The position numbers were made by a program, and so were the translations under genes. Shown here piece by piece: positions 40,250-48,413 of a stretch of DNA of 64,000 nt (positions are counted from its first letter, which is position 1; every line of letters begins with the position of its first letter). Source of the stretch: a virus; IMG/VR virus record IMGVR_UViG_3300023184_000082, positions 1 through 64,000 of that record, one strand, 5' to 3'. A model generated the notes under the pieces. It was not told the DNA's origin and did no database searches. It was given only the letters and a program-made list of their open reading frames with translations.

Positions 40250-40490
40250 GAGGCTGAAGAAAAGTCTGCGTATTCCCCACATTTCCCACTCAGGCAATGC
40301 CGTTTGCACAAACCCAGCTTGCAGGGCAAGAATGATCAAATCAAATGCAGTCCTTGAGGCAAATTCAATCTCACATCGCGCAGTCATGATTACTGGAAAA
40401 ACAAAGATTTTCTTGATCGGCAAATCCATCATTGCCGAGTGTGTATGCGGAACAAGATACGACCTTGACGGTGCGTTAAGCGAGGAATGA
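40242..40490 (+). CDS. Small Zn-ribbon-like protein (~82 aa; CxxxxC...CxC), start uncertain (CTG 40242 or 40188)
   Basis: Fills the gap between the nuclease and the neck gene; AGGAGG 5 nt before an in-frame CTG; LKKS, MIKS and IGKS motifs. Confidence 0.6.
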   Translation: MVKRLKKSLRIPHISHSGNAVCTNPACRARMIKSNAVLEANSISHRAVMITGKTKIFLIGKSIIAECVCGTRYDLDGALSEE

Positions 40491-40491
40491 T

Positions 40492-41952
40492 ATGCCAGTC
40501 ACTGAAATGACCGTTGCAACAGACAAGACAGAATATTCAAGATACAATTTCAATACCCGGACCATTACGATTACCGGAATGGTGATTGCTGGACAGATTG
40601 CCGTAGGGGATTCCTTCGTCTTTTCCGTCAGGAGAACGCTTTCGGAAAACTGGCCGGAGGAACACTCCGCGCTGATGACCAAGACGGTTGTGGCCAATCA
40701 GGGTCATGTGACGGCACAGATGATCACGTGCCAGCTTGTTGTCGGATCAGACGACCTTGATGCGGATTTCATCGGACGGGCACTGCATTCCCAGTATCGG
40801 GTGAGGATTGCCCATGGGGCATCATACTGGCAATGCACATCGCTGATTTCCATTGCCATCATTACCACGAAGGAGATGCGGGATGAGTGGTGCTATGGAG
40901 CGCCATTGAAAGCCATGGAAGTGCTTGGCGTAAAATTCCAGCCGAGAAACATCACCGGATTCTCCATTGACGAAGTTTCAAACGGCGTGGTTCCTGGAGT
41001 GAAGGTTTTTACGCTGAACTACATCGCGCCCGTTGCTCCAGCCACCACCCATCAGTGGACGTTGCAATGGGATGGGGGAACCCCGATTTCGATCAGTTCT
41101 CCCATCAGGCAGCAGTACCTGCTCCTTGATGAGACCAATATCAACTACATGCTTGTGGATATCAATCCTGCATACCTTCCTCGCGCAAAAGTGGTGGAAT
41201 CCCTGCTTGTCTCGGAATTGGCCATGACAGACGAGATGATCCAGAGGAGGATCTCCTTTGCCATAGGATCAGCGGAGTCGCTGCTTGGCTTCCCGATGGA
41301 GCCGTACCTGATAACCACATTGCCTCGTCATCCCGGACAGCAACAGGAGTTGCAGCACCAAGTGGATCATTGGGATCGGATCGGCAGACCGGCAGACTTC
41401 ATCGCTCCGGTTGACCTCATGATGTGGCCGACATTCAGGCTCCCCCAGCAATGGTGTCTCAAGCTGCATGAAATTTATGGGTACCATTCCACCAACAAGA
41501 TCGTGAAGGTGACGGAAGACTGGTTTGCCACCACGGTTGACCGGATGAGCGGACTGGTCTCCCTTGTTCCTTCATTGGGAAGTTTCGCGCAGTGGCAGGT
41601 TTACACGTATCCGCTGATATCTCCTTTTTACATGCGCCATAATATTCCTTCCTTCTGGCAGTACACAGGAATCTTCGGATTGCCTGACCTTGCCAATGAT
41701 GGACGCGCCCCAGTGCGTGAGCTCATTGGCCGCATGGGTGCGACTTCCATCCTGATGGAAGCAGGGCGCGGGTACCAGGGTGGACTTTCAGGCGAATCGA
41801 CTTCGCGTGACGGCATATCCAGCAGCCGGTCGTTCAATCCCGGCGGCCCCTATGCATCAACGATCCAAGCGCACCAGCAATGGATACAGGCTGAGGCACC
41901 GCGCCTGAAGAGCAAGCTCGGAGGCGTCCTCATCCAGATGATCGGGGCCTAG
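40492..41952 (+). CDS. Putative neck/head-tail adaptor protein with N-terminal extension (486 aa)
   Basis: GAGGA SD; C-half (MTDEMIQRRI...AESLLG...S-x-S-x-DGISSSRS) resembles SPO1/Twort-type adaptors; adjacent to the Cys-motif neck gene. Confidence 0.6.
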   Translation: MPVTEMTVATDKTEYSRYNFNTRTITITGMVIAGQIAVGDSFVFSVRRTLSENWPEEHSALMTKTVVANQGHVTAQMITCQLVVGSDDLDADFIGRALHSQYRVRIAHGASYWQCTSLISIAIITTKEMRDEWCYGAPLKAMEVLGVKFQPRNITGFSIDEVSNGVVPGVKVFTLNYIAPVAPATTHQWTLQWDGGTPISISSPIRQQYLLLDETNINYMLVDINPAYLPRAKVVESLLVSELAMTDEMIQRRISFAIGSAESLLGFPMEPYLITTLPRHPGQQQELQHQVDHWDRIGRPADFIAPVDLMMWPTFRLPQQWCLKLHEIYGYHSTNKIVKVTEDWFATTVDRMSGLVSLVPSLGSFAQWQVYTYPLISPFYMRHNIPSFWQYTGIFGLPDLANDGRAPVRELIGRMGATSILMEAGRGYQGGLSGESTSRDGISSSRSFNPGGPYASTIQAHQQWIQAEAPRLKSKLGGVLIQMIGA

Positions 41953-41953
41953 C

Positions 41954-42631
41954 ATGCCAATTGATATCCAGCAACATGTTCGCTTTATCCTTCGGCATGG
42001 TGATCGTGTCGTGCATTACAAGGGTGTGCTTTGTTCATGTTCTTCAACGGGAAGGCCGGAAGAAGCAGACCTGACGTGCCGGAAATGCAGCGGCCTTGGC
42101 GTATTCTGGATTGATCCCATCACCATTGTCGCGCTCATTCACGGACTTGATTCGGATCGGTCAGGCAGGATGTGGCTGCAAACCGGCATTGCGCTTCCCG
42201 AAGACATGTCCTGTTCCCCATTGCCAAATGCGCCGAGAAGATTCAAGGATTATGACAAGGTCATTCCAACATGGCAGAGAGGGTTTCCGTACCCTGGGGA
42301 ATTGCTTATTCGCGGCCAAAAGGATACGCTCATCTACAGGCCTGTCGGAAAGATCCTGCGTGTCTCGCAAGTCAATCCTGTCAGTGGCAAGGAAACGCTA
42401 TGGGAAGAAGGTGAAGACTTCGAATTGCTTGGTGATGACAAAAAGAAGGTCGGATGGAAGGAAAACAAGGGTCCAGCGGCAAGCACGACCTACGCGGTTC
42501 AGTATGAGCCTCGATTCGAATTTGTCGCGTGGAACCCCCCGGCTCCCAGATGGGAGCGTGGGCGCGATCTTGGGTTGCGGGTGTTGCTGCGAAAGATCCA
42601 TCTCCCGTGGCCGGTGACCAACTGGGGGTAA
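41954..42631 (+). CDS. Putative neck/head-closure protein (225 aa) with CxC...CxxCxGxG
   Basis: HGDRVVHYKGVLCSC...CRKCSGLG, the pattern of SPO1/Twort-type neck proteins. Confidence 0.65.
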   Translation: MPIDIQQHVRFILRHGDRVVHYKGVLCSCSSTGRPEEADLTCRKCSGLGVFWIDPITIVALIHGLDSDRSGRMWLQTGIALPEDMSCSPLPNAPRRFKDYDKVIPTWQRGFPYPGELLIRGQKDTLIYRPVGKILRVSQVNPVSGKETLWEEGEDFELLGDDKKKVGWKENKGPAASTTYAVQYEPRFEFVAWNPPAPRWERGRDLGLRVLLRKIHLPWPVTNWG

Positions 42632-42632
42632 C

Positions 42633-42661
42633 TTGTATCCCGGCTGCATTCATGGTATATT
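42633..42661 (+). promoter_or_regulatory. Sigma70-type promoter TTGTAT-N17-TATATT with extended TG
   Basis: Exact 17-nt spacer; followed by AGGAGG and ATG 42680. Confidence 0.7.
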
Positions 42662-42679
42662 CGCGTCAGGAGGACCGCA

Positions 42680-43279
42680 ATGGTCGCAAACAGAGGCGCA
42701 TCGCAACCGTATCGCTCACAATCAGGCGGGAGGGACTCTGGCCCTTCCTACGATCAAGTCCTGCAGGAAGTCCGCAATGCAGGGATGATCTCCACAACCA
42801 CCTCCGTTGACGTGGCACCAAATGCAGGGAATGAATATCTCTGCATTGTCCGCGCCGAATGCACGATGCCCCCACTCCGCGAAGGCGATCAACCCCGTGT
42901 TTACTCCGGCCTTGGTGCGGCATATCCGCGCAAGAATGGACAGAATGTTGTCCATGGGGTTAGCAATCCTGCGTTCTACATGCACATTGCAGAAAGCCGC
43001 GCGAAGAAACGGGCGTGGATGGATGCAGTAGGACGTGGCGATGGCCTTGAGGAGAACATCCGTGAGGATGTCATGATGGAACGCGCTCACACTTCTGCTG
43101 CCCGAGACGCAGCCGCACTGCCTCCGCCCCCATGGCAGATGTCTGACGAAGCGGCGCATCGCCTCGTTTCGCTTAGCACCTACACATTTGAAGAGGCGAA
43201 AGCCATGACCAAGGAAGAGGCAAAAGCAGCCGTGCAAGCCATCAATGCACAAATGGCTTCAGCCGAAAATCAAAATTGA
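42680..43279 (+). CDS. Putative Rad52/Sak-like single-strand annealing protein (199 aa)
   Basis: IVRAEC...VYSGLGAA...HIAESRAKKRAWMDAVG matches the beta-beta-alpha AExRAxxRA core of Rad52-like phage SSAPs. Confidence 0.6.
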   Translation: MVANRGASQPYRSQSGGRDSGPSYDQVLQEVRNAGMISTTTSVDVAPNAGNEYLCIVRAECTMPPLREGDQPRVYSGLGAAYPRKNGQNVVHGVSNPAFYMHIAESRAKKRAWMDAVGRGDGLEENIREDVMMERAHTSAARDAAALPPPPWQMSDEAAHRLVSLSTYTFEEAKAMTKEEAKAAVQAINAQMASAENQN

Positions 43280-43350
43280 TAAGCCCCGGTCACTACATGA
43301 ATAGGGTATGATTAGTAGTGTAAAGAATTAGGGTCAACGCATTTACGCGA

Positions 43351-43414
43351 AGGGGCCGCCATTTACGCATTCTGGCTTGATATATGCAAGCCATTCTGCG
43401 CAATGGCGGCCCCT
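43351..43414 (+). terminator. Long interrupted hairpin (terminator or processing/stabilising structure)
   Basis: AGGGGCCGCCATT/AATGGCGGCCCCT 13 bp + CGCA/TGCG + TGGCTTG/CAAGCCA; followed by ATTAATTTT. Confidence 0.65.
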
Positions 43415-43439
43415 ATTAATTTTGGGATAGAATTGATAT

Positions 43440-44423
43440 ATGAATCAAACAGATACCATTAGACAACATCGCAAAAGCCTAGCGGAAATGGACGGAGTAA
43501 GTGCAACCTTTGAGGTTCCTCTCACGTATATCAAATCGTTTGTCGGAAACTACACGACATCGATGGGTGATATCAAGAAGGGAAGAATCATCGAAGGCAT
43601 TGCGTCTACCGAAGACATGGATCAGCAAGGCGAAATCGTTGTGCAAGACAAGATGGATTGTTCATACCTGCTTGAAAAAGGATATCTGAACTGGAATCAT
43701 TCCCACTCCCCTGAAGACCAGATCGGCAAGCCGCTTGAAGTGATCAAGCTTGCCGGAGGACCATCGACACCAAAGGGACTGCCGTGTACATTCTTCCGCG
43801 CCTTGTTATTTGAAAGCATGCCTCGCGCAGAAGCCGTCTGGACATTGAGCAAGGCGCTTGAGGAATCCGCAGGGGTTGGGGAGGATCGACATCTGGGGTT
43901 TTCGGTAGAAGGTGGCGTTCGAGTCCGGCACAACAATATCCTGATGGAGACCATGGTCAGGCACATGGCCGCTACGCATGAACCGGTAAATGCACAAGCT
44001 GTGGCACGATGCGTCCTTGCGAAAAGCCAGGGATTCAAGGTAGATGATTCAGTACTCATCGATACCCTTGATGACAATGTTCCGCATTTTATCTTCAAGA
44101 GTTTTTCGCAGCTTTCAAAATCACTGCTGTTCTCGAAGAACATGATGGTTGATGCAGCACCTGAGGCATCAATGAATCTTGGAGGCGCCAAGCCGCTCTT
44201 GACAGAAAACCTTTCTGGGGGGCGGCGCAAAAACAAGTCCCGGAAATCCTTTGCAGATACGCTGTATAGCGAATGCATCCACGGAAATACGTGTAAATCC
44301 GGAGATACATTCAAGAAGGGATATCAAGGAGCACTTGATCATCTGGTGTATTGCGGAGGGATGAATCCTGTGGATGCGGCAAATGCACTCTTGTCGCATA
44401 TCCGTATGTTAAAATCCAATTAG
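43440..44423 (+). CDS. Prohead (maturation) protease
   Basis: IEGIASTEDMDQQGEIV, GYLNWNH, IGKP, LGFSVEG, HEPVN (HK97/herpes-like fold His/Ser motifs); upstream of the scaffold and capsid genes. Confidence 0.9.
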   Translation: MNQTDTIRQHRKSLAEMDGVSATFEVPLTYIKSFVGNYTTSMGDIKKGRIIEGIASTEDMDQQGEIVVQDKMDCSYLLEKGYLNWNHSHSPEDQIGKPLEVIKLAGGPSTPKGLPCTFFRALLFESMPRAEAVWTLSKALEESAGVGEDRHLGFSVEGGVRVRHNNILMETMVRHMAATHEPVNAQAVARCVLAKSQGFKVDDSVLIDTLDDNVPHFIFKSFSQLSKSLLFSKNMMVDAAPEASMNLGGAKPLLTENLSGGRRKNKSRKSFADTLYSECIHGNTCKSGDTFKKGYQGALDHLVYCGGMNPVDAANALLSHIRMLKSN

Positions 44424-44442
44424 AATCTTTAAGGAGGAAATA

Positions 44443-45954
44443 ATGGTTAGTGAAATGCAGTTAGCCAGAAGACAGCTCGACAAGGAGCTTAATCGGCATA
44501 ACATCCCAGATGCGCTGCAAGTCCTTGACCGTGCTGTTGGCGGGTTGATCGACCTTGCCAAGAGCCGTGTCGGCGATGGTGTGACAAATGCCAAGGAAGT
44601 CAAGAACCCCTTTGGTGATCCGCCCGGTATTCCGGGAGCGGGGAAGGCTGATGGGAACTACCGCTTGCCGAAGTTCGCTGGCGTCTACACCAATACCCAG
44701 AGTGTGCCGAAGAAGAAGGTGAAGGCCAAGTCCGAGTCTTCGACTGCGCTGCCGACCGCAGCCGGAAGCATGCGCCTTGGCAAGGCGCAGTTCGGCGGCC
44801 AGGAAGAAGACGGATACGGCGACGGCGATGATCAGGACGATGGTCAGGGCAATGGTCCGGACGATGGTCCGGACGATGATCAGGACATGAGGCGCCAGCG
44901 CTACAAGGCCATGCGAAGGAACGAAGAGCCTGAAGAAGAAGAAGAATACGAAGACGATGATAATGATCAGGATGACGATGAGGAAGAAGGCAATCCCGAC
45001 GATCCTGATGACGATGGGGACGAATACGGCGATGATGACGATGACGGGGACGGAGGAAATCCCGACGACCCTGATGACGACAACGACCCTGATGCTGATC
45101 AGGATCCGAACGATCCCGAAAACGGCGAGTCGGACAGAAGAGCAGCCTTGGAAGCCTTGCTTTCCCGCAACAGCAAGTACGACAAGGGACCGGGCATGCG
45201 GCCTCGTCAGCCAGTAGCCCCGCCAGCCCCACCGCAGGGTGGAGCTCCGGGCATGCCTCCGGGAGCAGGACCAATGGCAGGAGGAGGTGCGCCTATGGCT
45301 CAGAGTTTCCAGCGTAGCCGCAAGGCCAAGCTTGGCGATATTCACAAGGCTCTGGTTTCTGGCCCTGATGGGGCACAGGTTGCAGAAGTTGTGGAAGCCA
45401 GCAAGGAACTTGCACAGATGGTGAATGTTTTCGGACGATTCCTCGCGGACATCTCGACACAGGTCGAGTCGGTTCGTCAGGAGCAGTATGAGAGCACCGC
45501 CATGCTGGCCAATGCGGTCAGCACAGTCGTGAAGAGTCAGGCGGCCATGGCCCTTGGTCTTGAGCGAATTGCCAAGTCGGCAACGGCATTGGCGCAGAAC
45601 AGTGCCCCGATGCAGAAGTCTTTCCGTGAGGAACCTGCTTCTCGCCCGAATCCGGGAGTGCTGATGAATGGGAAGGTTCTGTCCGAAGGAGCGCAGCTCC
45701 GTCGTTCGAACACCACCGTTCTTGATGACTCGGGATACGCGATGGTGTCCGGTGCCCAGATCGAAGGGCGTCTGACAAAGTCCTTGGTTGGAACGGTTAT
45801 CCAACAGTCGGTACTGGACGGGGAATACTCCCCGAAGGAAGCGCTCCGTTGGCTGACTGAAACCGATAGCCCGACAACGGGTCCGGTTGGAGTGTTCCAG
45901 CAGCTTCCCCCGAAGCTGCGTGATCGCATCATCGCGAAGACACAAGAAGTCTAA
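44443..45954 (+). CDS. Probable scaffolding protein (503 aa) with a long Asp/Glu-rich tract
   Basis: Between protease and capsid; AAGGAGG SD; acidic tract ~44800-45130; many hydrophobic-x-K-[SA] motifs. Confidence 0.7.
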   Translation: MVSEMQLARRQLDKELNRHNIPDALQVLDRAVGGLIDLAKSRVGDGVTNAKEVKNPFGDPPGIPGAGKADGNYRLPKFAGVYTNTQSVPKKKVKAKSESSTALPTAAGSMRLGKAQFGGQEEDGYGDGDDQDDGQGNGPDDGPDDDQDMRRQRYKAMRRNEEPEEEEEYEDDDNDQDDDEEEGNPDDPDDDGDEYGDDDDDGDGGNPDDPDDDNDPDADQDPNDPENGESDRRAALEALLSRNSKYDKGPGMRPRQPVAPPAPPQGGAPGMPPGAGPMAGGGAPMAQSFQRSRKAKLGDIHKALVSGPDGAQVAEVVEASKELAQMVNVFGRFLADISTQVESVRQEQYESTAMLANAVSTVVKSQAAMALGLERIAKSATALAQNSAPMQKSFREEPASRPNPGVLMNGKVLSEGAQLRRSNTTVLDDSGYAMVSGAQIEGRLTKSLVGTVIQQSVLDGEYSPKEALRWLTETDSPTTGPVGVFQQLPPKLRDRIIAKTQEV

Positions 45955-45977
45955 GAAAGAAAGAAGGAGGATCGAAA

Positions 45978-47873
45978 ATGGCACTTTTAACGGAATTCCC
46001 TTCGGGGTATCACAAGTCAGAGCCACTTAACAAGTCGTTTGACATGATTGTTCGCGACTGGAGTCGGCAGCAGTTCGGAGGCGACGACATCGTCGACGAG
46101 ATTCGCAAGGCACTCAGCACAGGCGTTGCCTCGCAGATCGCCGCTGGTGGCGCGGTCACCGCTGGCAACAACAATCCGGGTGAGACCACTGCGTTGCGTC
46201 TTGAGAACCTCGACAACACCATGACGAGCGTTCTTGCGACTGCGGAGCATCTCAAGATTTTCCGCTGGCTTCACAAGGAGCCTAGCAAGCAGCCGTTCTA
46301 TCAGTGGAACCGTCGCGAGTCGTATGGCTCGACAAGAGGGTTCTTCGGATTTCAGGAAGGCGGGTCACCCACCGGCGGCAAGGGCAATTGGTCGAGAAAC
46401 GGCGCGTACGTCAAGTTCCTCGGAACGAAGGGCGGGGTAACCCATCCTGCGGTGCTGACGAATATCCTCGGTGGCATGTCGGTTGACCCGGTTGCCGAAG
46501 ATCAGCTTGGCCGTACCATGGACTTCATGCAGCGCATCGAAAGAGCCGTCATGTATGGTGACGAGGATATCTGGGACAACACTAACCAAGATGCCAACTA
46601 CGACGGAATCCTGAAGCAGCTCACAATGGCCCGTGCGAAGAACATCATTGACCTTGAAGGCAAGCCGCTCACGCTCGACGTGATCGCGAATGTCGCGTCG
46701 CGACTGGTCAGTGAGGGCAAGCTTCTTTCCTTCAATGACATCTCGCTCTTCATGAGTCCCCAGAACATCGAGGACTTCGGCAAGCTGCGGTACTCGACCA
46801 TTCTCGGCGCTGGCAACGATGTGGGTGGCGTAGGGTCGCGCGTGGACCGTGCTGACCTGACCACCTCGGCTCGTAACAACCTCATCGCCGGTCTGTCCAT
46901 CGTTGGGCAGGCGACATCGTTCGGGGTCATTCCTTTCGAGTGGTCGATTTTCACTGAGCCAGTCGAAGGTGGCGAGCCACTGTCGGTCGCCGACCCCGGA
47001 GCACCCGAAGCTCCATCAAACACCGCGTATATATACGCAACCCATTCGGCGTCTGACACGCCGCTTGCTACCGCGAACGTGACAACATCAACTAACTCCG
47101 CGACCTCTGGTGCTATTGTGTCCGTGTCCAAGCGATACAAGGGCGTAACAACTGCGGGGTCTTCCTCCTACTATTACAGGAGATCCGGGCCACCTGGATT
47201 GGCACTTGCAATCGCGGCTCGGGATGGCTCGGGTACTACAATTCCGTCCGGACCAGGGATTACGGCGCCCTCTACTCAAAACGTAGGGAGTACGCTTATA
47301 GATGAGTCCGTCGTTGTTCATAACATCACGCTGGCTGTAAGTGCGAGCAAGCACGATGCTGTTTCCAGTACTTCGCTTGGAACGCAGTTCTACTGGTATC
47401 GGGTAGCTTCAGTCAATGATATCGGCGAATCCGCTGCTAGCTACGTATCGACGGGTGCGGTCAGCCCTGACAACACCGTGGTCGTGAAGTTGCTCATCCC
47501 TCATGCCGCCAATGCTCGTGCATACCGAATCTATCGGTGCACAACATATCAGGACACGTCTGTACCCGCCCTCAATGCTGCCACATGGCAGTTTGTCGGA
47601 TATGTTGCTGATACCGGTGCTGACTGGCACGAGTTCACGGACTCGAACGGAGCTGCTGCTGACTACACCAACTTCCGACCGGGCACCAACATTGCCCCAT
47701 TGCTTTGCCGCAACAGTGCTGACCTGTGCATCGCGCAGATGTCGCCGCTGCTCAAGATGCCGCTTGCTCCGACAAGCACAACCTTTGAGTATCTGCTGCT
47801 TCTGTACCATACGCTGGTTCTCAAGGCACCGGAGCGTCAGTTCATCTTCAAGAATGTCGGCAAGCTGAACTAA
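45978..47873 (+). CDS. Major capsid protein precursor (631 aa), SPO1/Twort-like
   Basis: AAGGAGG SD; EIRKALSTG, TALRLENLD, IERAVMYGD, YDGILK, NIIDLEGKPL, C-terminal QMSPLLKMPLA...LVLKAP; strongly biased codon usage. Confidence 0.92.
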   Translation: MALLTEFPSGYHKSEPLNKSFDMIVRDWSRQQFGGDDIVDEIRKALSTGVASQIAAGGAVTAGNNNPGETTALRLENLDNTMTSVLATAEHLKIFRWLHKEPSKQPFYQWNRRESYGSTRGFFGFQEGGSPTGGKGNWSRNGAYVKFLGTKGGVTHPAVLTNILGGMSVDPVAEDQLGRTMDFMQRIERAVMYGDEDIWDNTNQDANYDGILKQLTMARAKNIIDLEGKPLTLDVIANVASRLVSEGKLLSFNDISLFMSPQNIEDFGKLRYSTILGAGNDVGGVGSRVDRADLTTSARNNLIAGLSIVGQATSFGVIPFEWSIFTEPVEGGEPLSVADPGAPEAPSNTAYIYATHSASDTPLATANVTTSTNSATSGAIVSVSKRYKGVTTAGSSSYYYRRSGPPGLALAIAARDGSGTTIPSGPGITAPSTQNVGSTLIDESVVVHNITLAVSASKHDAVSSTSLGTQFYWYRVASVNDIGESAASYVSTGAVSPDNTVVVKLLIPHAANARAYRIYRCTTYQDTSVPALNAATWQFVGYVADTGADWHEFTDSNGAAADYTNFRPGTNIAPLLCRNSADLCIAQMSPLLKMPLAPTSTTFEYLLLLYHTLVLKAPERQFIFKNVGKLN

Positions 47874-47897
47874 TACCTGTTATACTTACACTAATGA

Positions 47898-47954
47898 AAT
47901 ATTGCCGGGAACGGGGAACCATTCTGGGTTGCCAGGTTCCCGGCAATATTCTTT
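47898..47954 (+). terminator. Long hairpin after the capsid gene
   Basis: AATATTGCCGGGAAC (47898-47912) / GTTCCCGGCAATATT (47936-47950), perfect 15 bp, then CTTT. Confidence 0.7.
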
Positions 47955-47978
47955 ATATCTATTAAAAGAGGTGCGAAT

Positions 47979-48413
47979 ATGCCACGAATGAATGCCCAAG
48001 AAAAAGCAGAAGAGATGAAAGCGCGATTGGAAACTGTGCAGCGTGAGCAGCAAGCGATTGCACTGGCCGCTATCGAGGCGGTTGAAAAAGGTGCTGATCC
48101 CGAATTGGCCGTAAAACTTGCCGAAGCAGCCGCGAATGAGATCCCTAGCGTATCCCATTATCGAAATATTGATACCAATCGCCTCGGGTCACAAGCTCCA
48201 CAAGCGCCTCAACCTGTCGAAACAGTCGCCCCATTCACTGAAGGAATCCGCATTGTCCGACGCGATAGGCAAGGCGGAGTCTATCGTCTCACGTACGAGG
48301 ATGCACGAGTAGCGGTTGCATTTGACGAGAACGGGTTTGGTGTTGCCCCTGAAGGAGTGGCCATTCTTCTCTGTCGCTCAGGACAGTGCAGAATTGCACC
48401 GGATCAAGCATAA
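47979..48413 (+). CDS. Hypothetical protein downstream of the capsid gene (144 aa)
   Basis: GAGGTG SD; TAATG coupling to the next gene. Confidence 0.8.
   Translation: MPRMNAQEKAEEMKARLETVQREQQAIALAAIEAVEKGADPELAVKLAEAAANEIPSVSHYRNIDTNRLGSQAPQAPQPVETVAPFTEGIRIVRRDRQGGVYRLTYEDARVAVAFDENGFGVAPEGVAILLCRSGQCRIAPDQA

Noticed and set aside
43280-43440. tRNA or a known riboswitch in the intergenic region
   Set aside because: No cloverleaf, T-loop or recognisable aptamer consensus by eye; Rfam was not run.
44461-46026. 521-aa minus-strand ORF
   Set aside because: Antisense shadow of the GC-rich, codon-biased scaffold gene; no SD, implausible composition.
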